From NCBI GenBank assembly GCA_016214555.1, contig JACROF010000002.1, positions 136,125-200,124 of the forward strand: DNA of 64,000 bases, read 5' to 3'. Source of the DNA: Candidatus Levyibacteriota bacterium. GTDB lineage: Bacteria; Patescibacteriota; Microgenomatia; Levybacterales; UBA12049. Below the pieces are notes generated by a model, which was not told where the DNA came from, searched no databases, and was given only the letters and a program-made list of their open reading frames with translations. Below, one piece after another: positions 28,600-36,753 of this stretch; position 1 is the stretch's first letter; the number at the start of each line of letters is the position of its first letter. The translations under genes were made by a program, and so were the position numbers.

Positions 28600-29802
28600 T
28601 CACTGAATTTGCGAAATTAAATTATAAATTGGCGTAATAACAGAAATTACCAAAAATCCAACGCCAAGTGCTAAAATAATCATAATAAATGGTTCAAGAG
28701 CTGTTGTTAACGCTTTGACTGTCTGCTCAACCTCTCGTTCGAAATATTCGGAAACCCTAGTGAGTGAATCATCAAGCTTACCAGTCTGTTCACCAATTTT
28801 TGTCATCTCTACAATAATAGGAGGAAAGAGCGGCTCTGCAAGCATCGCGTCTCCAATAGTTACTACTTTTTCGACTTTTTTTCCCACTTCCTTGATGGCG
28901 TTTCGATAATAAATGTTTCCTACAACATCAGCGCTCTGGTTAAGAGATTCAACTACCAACGATCCTGTACCAACCAAGAGGCCAAATGTCCTTCCAAATT
29001 CGACCATAATAGATTGTGTTGCTAACTTTCCAAAAATTGGCATCCTGAGAATAAGTGCGTCAATTATTTTCATACCACGAGGCGTTTTCTTCCACTTTCG
29101 GAAGTAATAAACAAAAAAGATGACTCCACCAAGAACAAAAGGCCAAAAATTAATTGTTGCATTTGATAATCCGATGACAATCTGCGTAGGCAAAGGGAGA
29201 GGAATATCGAGATTTTCATAGAGTACGGTTAGCTGAGGCACTACAAAAATCATCATAATAGTCATAACAGCGACCATTAAAATAATAACAATAATAGGAT
29301 ACATGAGTGCGGACTTGATCATACCTTTTAATTTTTGTTGTTTTTCCAAGTTGTCAGCAAGCCTTAGGAGAATTTTGTCCAATAACCCAGCTGACTCTGC
29401 TGCTTGGATTAAAGAAACATAAATCGGTGAAAAAACCTGAGGGTATTTCGCAATAGCAAGGGAGAAAGATTTTCCTTCCTCAATGCTGGCAATAAGACCG
29501 TTAACTACCTCAGCCATTGCAGGGTTTTGGACTTGACCTCTTAAAATTTGCAGTGCCTGCATAAGTGTCAAGCCTGAGCTGAGCATTGATGAGAGCTGCC
29601 TAGTAAAAAAAACGAGGTCAGTTGAGGCTGATTTGCGAATAAAGAGTGACTTGAGAGAACGGGAGGGATTATATTCCTTCAAGGTAATAGGGAACAAATC
29701 TTGCTTTCGCAAAAAAACAGCCGCCTCCTGTTGATCTTTTGCCTCAACAAGTCCTCTGACGGCTTTTCCTTGATCATTCACGGCTTTATAAACAATTTTC
29801 AT
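28600..29802 (-). CDS. pilC: type IV pilus platform protein PilC/GspF
   Basis: FTRQLSSMLSSG, AAESAG, ALMYP, IGEQTGKL, LEP. Confidence 0.93.
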   Translation of the reverse strand: MKIVYKAVNDQGKAVRGLVEAKDQQEAAVFLRKQDLFPITLKEYNPSRSLKSLFIRKSASTDLVFFTRQLSSMLSSGLTLMQALQILRGQVQNPAMAEVVNGLIASIEEGKSFSLAIAKYPQVFSPIYVSLIQAAESAGLLDKILLRLADNLEKQQKLKGMIKSALMYPIIVIILMVAVMTIMMIFVVPQLTVLYENLDIPLPLPTQIVIGLSNATINFWPFVLGGVIFFVYYFRKWKKTPRGMKIIDALILRMPIFGKLATQSIMVEFGRTFGLLVGTGSLVVESLNQSADVVGNIYYRNAIKEVGKKVEKVVTIGDAMLAEPLFPPIIVEMTKIGEQTGKLDDSLTRVSEYFEREVEQTVKALTTALEPFIMIILALGVGFLVISVITPIYNLISQIQ

Positions 29803-29804
29803 TC

Positions 29805-30872
29805 TTATCCAACCAATCTAGCTAATTCGTCAGGATGATTGGCAAAGCCTTTTGCAACTTCAAGGCTAACTTGTCCGGAACGAACAAGAACAGTCAGTGA
29901 CTCCTCAAGAGTTACCATGCCTGCATCTTTTGAGGTTTGGATTGCTGAATCAATGAGATGAGTTTTTCCGTCTCTGATATTACTTGAGACTGCAGAACTT
30001 CCCAAAAGTATCTCAACAGCTAGCACCCTCCCTCCAGTAATGCGTGGAATAAGTCTCTGAGATATAATCCCACGAAGCGTTGCGGCCAACTGCACTCTAA
30101 TCTGAGATCTTTGATGGTCGGGAAAAGCATCGACAATTCTATCGATAGTCTGAGCTGCTGAGTTGGTATGAAGAGTGGCAAATACTAAATGACCTGTTTC
30201 GGCGATGGTAAGTGCTGCCTGCATCGTCTCAGGATCGCGCATCTCACCAACCAACACAACGTCTGGATCTTCTCGAAGAGCTGATTTAAGTGCCATTGAC
30301 CACGAATGCGTATCACTTCCCATTTCGCGCTGTGACATAATACTATTTCCTCTTGGATATATATACTCAATAGGATCTTCAATCGTTAAAATATGCGCAG
30401 ATTTAGTAAGGTTGATTTCGTTCATAATCGCCGCAAGAGTTGTTGACTTTCCATGACCAGTTGGGCCTGTGACCAGCACAAAACCCTGACGCATATTAAC
30501 GAAATCATGACAAGCTTTTGGCAATTGCAGTTGATCAATAGTCTTAATAACAGGAGGTAGATAACGAAAGGCAGCAGCCAAGTGTCCTCTCTGAAAATAT
30601 GCATTAATACGAAATCTCCCTGAGTCATTCTGAGTCGTTTCACCAAGTCCAAAAGAAAAATCGATCTCTTTATTCGCAAGTAGCAGTTCCTTCTGTTCAG
30701 GTGTCATGAGTGAGTATACGAGCTCTTCAATAATTTCTTTAGTCAAGCTTGGATAACTTGTCAAATACCTCAATGACCCATCGATTCGAAGCGCAGGAGG
30801 AGTTCCAACAAGCAAATGCAGATCAGACGCATTATTTTTAATTGTTAATGATAATAATTCTTGAATTACCAT
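29805..30872 (-). CDS. pilT: pilus retraction ATPase PilT
   Basis: ASDLHL, GPTGHGKST, EDPIE, ALREDPD, AETGHLV, LAATLRGIISQRL. Confidence 0.95.
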   Translation of the reverse strand: MVIQELLSLTIKNNASDLHLLVGTPPALRIDGSLRYLTSYPSLTKEIIEELVYSLMTPEQKELLLANKEIDFSFGLGETTQNDSGRFRINAYFQRGHLAAAFRYLPPVIKTIDQLQLPKACHDFVNMRQGFVLVTGPTGHGKSTTLAAIMNEINLTKSAHILTIEDPIEYIYPRGNSIMSQREMGSDTHSWSMALKSALREDPDVVLVGEMRDPETMQAALTIAETGHLVFATLHTNSAAQTIDRIVDAFPDHQRSQIRVQLAATLRGIISQRLIPRITGGRVLAVEILLGSSAVSSNIRDGKTHLIDSAIQTSKDAGMVTLEESLTVLVRSGQVSLEVAKGFANHPDELARLVG

Positions 30873-30873
30873 A

Positions 30874-32712
30874 TTATTCCTTTGCAACGCGTAGAACTTC
30901 TTCTACACTTGAGACTCCCTTGAGCACTTTGAGATAACCATCCTGCATCATAGTCGTCATGCCCTCAGCTATTGCTTCTTTTTCTATACTTGCGCTGTCG
31001 GGATGGGCTAAAATGAGCTGTCCTATTTTTTCTGTCACTGGTAGCACCTCATAAATACCAACTCTTCCTTTATATCCTGATCCGCCGCAATCATTACAAC
31101 CTTTGCCTCGATAAAATCTCACATCAGCATCGTTGTAGGTATACAACCTGCCCAAAACCTGTTTTACTGTCTGCAAAACCTGAGGAGCGGGAGCATATGA
31201 CTCTTTACACGTTGGGCAAATTTTTCTCAAAATTCTTTGACCCACAATTGCTGTAATAGTCGACGCAAGGAGAAATGACTCTGCACCAAGATCAATAAGA
31301 CGAGGAAGCGCACCTGAGGCGGTTTGTGTGTGAAGGGTTGAAAAAACCAAATGGCCAGTGAGCGCTGCCTGCAATGCAAGATCTGTTGTCTCTTTATCAC
31401 GAATTTCTCCAACTAAAATAATATTTGGGTCTTGACGAAGAAAGGCACGAAGACCCGATGCAAAGGTGAGTCCAACAGCAGGATTGATCTGAACTTGATT
31501 AACTCCTGCAATTTGATACTCGACTGGATCCTCAAGAGACATAATATTTACTTTTGGCGTGTTAAGCTTAGACAAAACAGCATAGAGGGTAGTTGTTTTT
31601 CCACTTCCGGTTGGACCTGTCACCAAAATAATACCGTGTGGCTTAAGAATTGCGTCTTCTAAATGCTTAAGGGCAAGACCTGTAAGTCCTAGCTCTGCAA
31701 GAGTAGGGATTCCTCCTGACTTTCGAAGAAGACGCATTACAATTTTTTCTCCATTTACCGTAGGGAGAATAGAGATACGAAGGTCAACCTCCTCCGTATT
31801 GACTTTAAAATTAAATCTTCCATCCTGTGGGCTTCGATGTTCGTCAATTTTAAGACCAGAAAGAATCTTAATACGTGAAACAAGTGCCTCCTGCACATTT
31901 TTTGGAAGACTCAACTTGTCATATAAAATGCCATCAATTCTGTATCTAACGCGTACACGATCTTCTTGTGGCTCAATATGAATATCAGAAGACCTACTCG
32001 TAACAGCAAATTCAAGAATTGTTGAGACTATTTTCGCAATTGGTGCCTCTTTGATAAGCTGTGCGATTTCTCGACTATCAACAGCTTTCTTTCTATCTGT
32101 GTACTCCTCACTCTCCTTGATGGCTGCGCCAACTTCTCCTACCAATTCCTGTCTATACTGCTGATCGATCGCATTCTGAACTTCGGTAGGGGAGGCAGCA
32201 AATGCCTTCACGCTAAGACCTGTTTTTTGCCTGACAAATTCTATTGCGTCCAAATTAACAGGATTTGCCATTGCGATAGAGAGCGTCTGACCTTGTTCAT
32301 CATAGAAAAAAGGGATGAGAGCAAATCTCTCAACAACTGCCCGAGGTAAAACACTGATAGCTTGAGGAGAAAATGATGTTGTTGCGAGCGAAACATAGGG
32401 AACGCCAAGTATTCGCGCCTTTGCTTCAACAATTTTTGACTCGGGTAGAATTTTTAGTTCAGAGAGAACACTTTCAACGCTTTTCCCAGAAACAGCGCTT
32501 TTCATTTTAATATCAGCTGCTTGTTCTGAACGTATAGCACCATCGACAATAAGAGCATCAAGAAGCGATAAATCCTCTTGATCCAAAAAAGTTGGTGATG
32601 AAGGAGACGGAGACGATGCTTGTTGCACGGGAGATACAGCAGGCTGGGGGACAGCAGCGACAGTCGACTGTTGCGGAGTCGACGAAACGACCGGTTGTTG
32701 TTGATCGGGCAT
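30874..32712 (-). CDS. pilB: pilus assembly ATPase PilB/GspE
   Basis: SDIHIEP, GPTGSGKTT, LRQDP, CPTC..CNDC, GYKGR. Confidence 0.95.
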   Translation of the reverse strand: MPDQQQPVVSSTPQQSTVAAVPQPAVSPVQQASSPSPSSPTFLDQEDLSLLDALIVDGAIRSEQAADIKMKSAVSGKSVESVLSELKILPESKIVEAKARILGVPYVSLATTSFSPQAISVLPRAVVERFALIPFFYDEQGQTLSIAMANPVNLDAIEFVRQKTGLSVKAFAASPTEVQNAIDQQYRQELVGEVGAAIKESEEYTDRKKAVDSREIAQLIKEAPIAKIVSTILEFAVTSRSSDIHIEPQEDRVRVRYRIDGILYDKLSLPKNVQEALVSRIKILSGLKIDEHRSPQDGRFNFKVNTEEVDLRISILPTVNGEKIVMRLLRKSGGIPTLAELGLTGLALKHLEDAILKPHGIILVTGPTGSGKTTTLYAVLSKLNTPKVNIMSLEDPVEYQIAGVNQVQINPAVGLTFASGLRAFLRQDPNIILVGEIRDKETTDLALQAALTGHLVFSTLHTQTASGALPRLIDLGAESFLLASTITAIVGQRILRKICPTCKESYAPAPQVLQTVKQVLGRLYTYNDADVRFYRGKGCNDCGGSGYKGRVGIYEVLPVTEKIGQLILAHPDSASIEKEAIAEGMTTMMQDGYLKVLKGVSSVEEVLRVAKE

Positions 32713-32758
32713 TATTTTTATAGTAGTCAATAGCAATAGAGAGTGTCAAGGAAAATAA

Positions 32759-33451
32759 ATGTCGTATAATGCATCTGTGAATTCATTTATCATAACCGGC
32801 AACAATCTTTTGCTAATGGAAGAAAAAGTGCAGGAAATCTGTCAAAAATACACTATTTCATCTTTTGATATTACTGCAATTAAACCAGATGGCACGTCCC
32901 TTGGTATTGATGATGTTAAAAAGATGCAGACAAAAGCGTACCTAAAACCACTCAAAGGCGACCACAAAGCAATTGTTCTCCATAATGCGGAAAACCTCAC
33001 TATTCCAGCACAAAATGCGATGCTCAAATTACTGGAAGAGCCTCCAGCAAATACTCTTATCTTCCTTTTAACAAATAATGTCTATGACTTATTGCCAACT
33101 ATTATTTCCCGTGTACAGATACTGTCAGTTGCAGCTTCACAGCATGAAATTAGCGATGATGAAAAGAAGGAGATAATAAAAAGATTTCATACATGGCAAA
33201 TGCAAACTATTCCTGATGCGCTTAAAACAGCAGAACAAATGACCAAAGACAAAGAGAAAACCCTCAAAACGCTTGAGGATTCATTAAGGTTGGGAAGTGA
33301 AGAACTACGAAAAGAAATTCTTTCTGAAAAAGAAGGATTTTTAAGCACCATTCTTCCTTTGCTGCAAAAAACATACCTAACCTTAAAAAATACGAACGCA
33401 AACCCACGACTAACGCTTGAAGCTCTTTTTCTCCAAATAATAAACCTATAG
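32759..33451 (+). CDS. holB: DNA polymerase III delta' subunit-like (reduced)
   Basis: IDDVK, AQNAMLKLLEEPP, LLPTIISR. Confidence 0.8.
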   Translation: MSYNASVNSFIITGNNLLLMEEKVQEICQKYTISSFDITAIKPDGTSLGIDDVKKMQTKAYLKPLKGDHKAIVLHNAENLTIPAQNAMLKLLEEPPANTLIFLLTNNVYDLLPTIISRVQILSVAASQHEISDDEKKEIIKRFHTWQMQTIPDALKTAEQMTKDKEKTLKTLEDSLRLGSEELRKEILSEKEGFLSTILPLLQKTYLTLKNTNANPRLTLEALFLQIINL

Positions 33452-33551
33452 TTTGTAATTGTTTTTATTTTTTGTTATACTCTCCAAATCGTTTTCACAA
33501 CTGAGCAATCGTTTGTGGAACATTCGATCTTTAAAAGATAAGGAGAAGGCA

Positions 33552-34769
33552 ATGCTTTTAACAAAAAGAGAGCCGGATGAACCGATCATCACTGACATGG
33601 CAGACCTAGATTGGTATGCCAATACTATGAAATACGCATTTATGACACAGGAGCCCGAACTCAAGGGTACGCTTGTGCTTATCGATCGCGATAATAGAAT
33701 ATTTCCAAAGGGTTTCAACGAGAGGTTTCGCCAGCAGCTTAAATTACTGGCGGAGGCTACGCTGTCACCTGAGGCTGAAGCGCACATGCGAGCTACAGCT
33801 GACTACATGCCAGAATGGTTTTATGATTACCTTCGGCATTTCCGGATAAACCCAGACATGATCTATTCCCATCAAGATGGGGATGGCTACATGCATGTAC
33901 AAGTTCATGGCTATCTCTATGACATCGTCTCTTATGAGACGCCAATCATGGCAATTATGTCTGAGCTGGTAAACGATATTGAAGGAACCACGGTCGACCC
34001 GGACTTCGAAGAAAATGTATACCAAAAAGCTCGCAGACTTGCAGACCTCGGGGCCAAATTCGCAGAAATGGACACACGCCGACGGCCCAACAAGCAAGTC
34101 CAACGACTCTCACTCCACGCCATTAAAAATGGCTCGGGAGGATATCTCAAGGGAACAAGTAACGCAGCACTTGCTGCAGAGCTTGGAATAGCCCTTATCG
34201 GTACGATGGGACACATTTTTCCACAGGCTCATATGGTCTATGGAATACGCTCAGCCAATCGCATGGCCATGATCAACTGGGACAATGCCTTTCAAGGCAT
34301 TTTGGGCACGATGATCGTTGACACGTTCACAACCCCAAAATTTTTGGAAGACTTCACTCCTCACTTCGCGAACCTTTTTAGAGGGACCCGAGAGGACTCA
34401 GGGTCATCCCTCCAGCACATTGACTGGATGGTGAATCACTATCGCTCGATGAACATCGATCCGCTGACCAAAGAAGTCACTTTCACAAACTCGCTTAACG
34501 ATGTCAAGGTTGCCAGCATCAAGGCATATGACGTCGAAAGCAAACTGAGGGACTACTACGGCATCGGCGGTTGGTTCTCCGCAGGTCTTGGCCTTATCAA
34601 GCTCAACATTGTGATGAAGCTTTGGGACGTAACTCGTCCTCAAGAACCCAATCGCAAAATCTATGTTGTTAAGATTCCCAACGAGATTGGTAAACAATCA
34701 GGGGATCCTCGGGCAATCGAAGCTGGGCTCTATGAGCTTGGTATCGAACGCGACTCCTTGTCAATTTGA
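33552..34769 (+). CDS. pncB: nicotinate phosphoribosyltransferase
   Basis: DLDWY..TM, ETPIMAIMSE, TRRR, GTSN, GTMGH (phospho-His), DTF, REDSG, LNIVMKL; SD AAGGAG. Confidence 0.88.
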   Translation: MLLTKREPDEPIITDMADLDWYANTMKYAFMTQEPELKGTLVLIDRDNRIFPKGFNERFRQQLKLLAEATLSPEAEAHMRATADYMPEWFYDYLRHFRINPDMIYSHQDGDGYMHVQVHGYLYDIVSYETPIMAIMSELVNDIEGTTVDPDFEENVYQKARRLADLGAKFAEMDTRRRPNKQVQRLSLHAIKNGSGGYLKGTSNAALAAELGIALIGTMGHIFPQAHMVYGIRSANRMAMINWDNAFQGILGTMIVDTFTTPKFLEDFTPHFANLFRGTREDSGSSLQHIDWMVNHYRSMNIDPLTKEVTFTNSLNDVKVASIKAYDVESKLRDYYGIGGWFSAGLGLIKLNIVMKLWDVTRPQEPNRKIYVVKIPNEIGKQSGDPRAIEAGLYELGIERDSLSI

Positions 34770-34777
34770 TTTTAGTC

Positions 34778-34815
34778 AGGCGGTCCGATGCTACATCGGA
34801 CCGCCTCTTCTTTTT
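34778..34815 (+). terminator. intrinsic terminator after pncB
   Basis: AGGCGGTCCGATG-CTA-CATCGGACCGCCT followed by pyrimidine/T run. Confidence 0.85.
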
Positions 34816-34847
34816 ACTCCCAACAGGCTCACGTATATTTTTACCTC

Positions 34848-34875
34848 TTGACATTTTTAAAAATCGGAGTATTCT
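34848..34875 (+). promoter_or_regulatory. sigma70 promoter of nrtR (probably leaderless mRNA)
   Basis: TTGACA-16 bp-TATTCT, ATG 6 nt downstream. Confidence 0.6.
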
Positions 34876-34881
34876 TAGTGT

Positions 34882-35583
34882 ATGAATAACACTAAGTCAT
34901 TACTCCATGAAGCAATACCAAGAAATCTTGACCAGTTGGACAAACCAGCAGTTTCAGTTCAGGTGCTTATTTTTTCCATCAACAAAGGTAAGTTGGAAAT
35001 AGTCCTTATCAAACGCATGAGGGAACCTTTTAAAGATTACTTCAGTATTCCAGGGGACATCATTACTGTTGAAGAAAGCCTCAATGATGCTGCAAAAAGG
35101 ATTTTATATGAAAAAACAGGTATCAAAAATGTCTACCTTGGACAACTTGAAACATTTGGAGAAGTAAATCGTGATCCAAGGGGAAGAGTCATCGCTGTAG
35201 CGTACTATTCACTTCTTCCTCACAATAGTGTCGATCTTTCCAAAGCTCCCAATGGCCTTCATGCTTCGTGGATTCCTGTTGAAAAATTGTCAAAACTTGC
35301 TTTTGACCACGAAGAGATCATCAAAACAGCTATCAAGCGCATTAAGTCAAAACTACTTTATAGCAATATTGCAGGCACACTTTTACCCGAGTCATTTAGA
35401 CTCTCAGAACTGCAGAAAGCATATGAAATCATTCTTGAGGAAAAAATCGACAAAAGAAACTTTAGAAAAAAAATGCTCTCACTTGATGTGATCGAGTCAA
35501 CAGGCGAGATATACAAATTGGGAAATCATCGACCAGCAATGCTGTACAAGTTTAAGTCCAAAGAATTAATTCACTATGACTAA
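34882..35583 (+). CDS. nrtR: NrtR-family regulator (Nudix + winged HTH)
   Basis: ESLNDAAKRILYEKTG degenerate Nudix box, QLETFG..RDPRGRV, LAFDH, DKRNFRKK, RPAMLY. Confidence 0.92.
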   Translation: MNNTKSLLHEAIPRNLDQLDKPAVSVQVLIFSINKGKLEIVLIKRMREPFKDYFSIPGDIITVEESLNDAAKRILYEKTGIKNVYLGQLETFGEVNRDPRGRVIAVAYYSLLPHNSVDLSKAPNGLHASWIPVEKLSKLAFDHEEIIKTAIKRIKSKLLYSNIAGTLLPESFRLSELQKAYEIILEEKIDKRNFRKKMLSLDVIESTGEIYKLGNHRPAMLYKFKSKELIHYD

Positions 35584-35600
35584 ATTTTTTAAGAAAAACT

Positions 35601-35619
35601 TAGTGTATTTTTTACACTA
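35601..35619. promoter_or_regulatory. putative NrtR operator
   Basis: Palindrome TAGTGT-ATTTTTT-ACACTA with the GT-N7-AC core typical of NrtR sites. Confidence 0.75.
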
Positions 35620-35638
35620 CACAAACAACTATTTTAGA

Positions 35639-35667
35639 TTGCTTTTGAAGCTATCTTATAGTACAAT
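35639..35667 (+). promoter_or_regulatory. sigma70 promoter of the phosphatase-kinase operon
   Basis: TTGCTT-17 bp-TACAAT. Confidence 0.55.
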
Positions 35668-35722
35668 TACTTTTCTTGATTTTGTATTTTCAGGTAAAAA
35701 GATTTCAAGACTTATAAGATAC

Positions 35723-35821
35723 TTCACGCGAAGTGAAAAGGCTGGAGCAGTCTCGCGGTAGCGACATTGCTCTGGCTTTTGTGTGCAACACGCGTTGCCC
35801 GCAGTAGCCAGCTCTTTAACA
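35723..35821 (+). promoter_or_regulatory. structured 5' leader with alternative hairpins and boxA-like GCTCTTTAACA
   Basis: Hairpins 35723-35737, 35737-35780 and 35772-35811; boxA-like motif at 35811-35821. Confidence 0.5.
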
Positions 35822-35874
35822 AAACAGTTAGACAACATATTATTGCTGTTTGTACTTCACGGAAAGGAAGAACA

Positions 35875-36753
35875 ATGACGCGAACGCTGTTTGAGCTTGC
35901 TGACGGGTCAGTAATTGGAACTCACCACAGACGAAACGGAGAAAACAATCAGGATGCATCAGCCATCTACCAAGATGACATGCTCACCATTGGGATTGTC
36001 TGTGATGGCTGTAGTGATTCCAAATTTTCTGAATCTGGTTCCAGAATTGGTTCCAGACTCATTTTACAAAGCCTAGTTAAACAACTCAAACGATACTATC
36101 AATCAACGATAGATTGGTCTACTCAACCATCTCCTGCAGCGTGGTCAACTGACCGTCGCTTTTGGGATAGGATTGAGCGAGACACAACGTCTTCTCTTCA
36201 TCAGCTAGCACAGCAAATGGGCGAAAGCCTTACTGAACAAATTGCAATGCATTTTCTGTTCACAACTATTGGCTTTATTATCGCTCCAACAGGAGGAGTT
36301 TTCTTCTCATTTGGAGATGGAGTAATTGTGGTAAATGGCGAGGTTTTACAAATCGGGCCATTTCCAGGAAATGCACCACCCTACATCGGGTACCAGCTGG
36401 TCAATTCGAGAATCGGGACTGAAAATCCCGAGCTGCTCAAATTCCAAGTACATCGAGAAATTCCGCTTGCCGACCTGAATACTTTCATGGTTGGTACAGA
36501 TGGTGTTTTAGATCTCAAAAGATCAGCAGAAAGACCCCTTCCGGGTAAAAGTTCCCGTGTTCGTCCACTATCACAGTTTTGGGAGGAGGATCAATATTTT
36601 CTCAATCCTGATATGGCAAATCGTCTTTTACGACTAGCCAATCAGGAAGTACATATTTTTGATCCTGTGACCAGAGCACTGCTCAAGACAGAATTTGGCA
36701 TTTTGCCAGATGACACTACTTTTATAGTTGGTCGTAGAAGAAAGGAGGGGTAA
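35875..36753 (+). CDS. PP2C-like protein phosphatase (PP2C_2, TerY-P triad type)
   Basis: GSVIGTHH..NQDA, VCDGCS, FGDG, GTDGV, DDTT; SD AAGGA. Confidence 0.88.
   Translation: MTRTLFELADGSVIGTHHRRNGENNQDASAIYQDDMLTIGIVCDGCSDSKFSESGSRIGSRLILQSLVKQLKRYYQSTIDWSTQPSPAAWSTDRRFWDRIERDTTSSLHQLAQQMGESLTEQIAMHFLFTTIGFIIAPTGGVFFSFGDGVIVVNGEVLQIGPFPGNAPPYIGYQLVNSRIGTENPELLKFQVHREIPLADLNTFMVGTDGVLDLKRSAERPLPGKSSRVRPLSQFWEEDQYFLNPDMANRLLRLANQEVHIFDPVTRALLKTEFGILPDDTTFIVGRRRKEG

Noticed and set aside
33446-34854. Several antisense ORFs over pncB, and 39184-39561 over the nicotinamidase
   Set aside because: Shadow ORFs expected in GC-richer genes; no motifs or start signals
35576-35838. Short ORFs in the nrtR-phosphatase spacer
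   Set aside because: Overlap the operator, promoter and structured leader; no protein features
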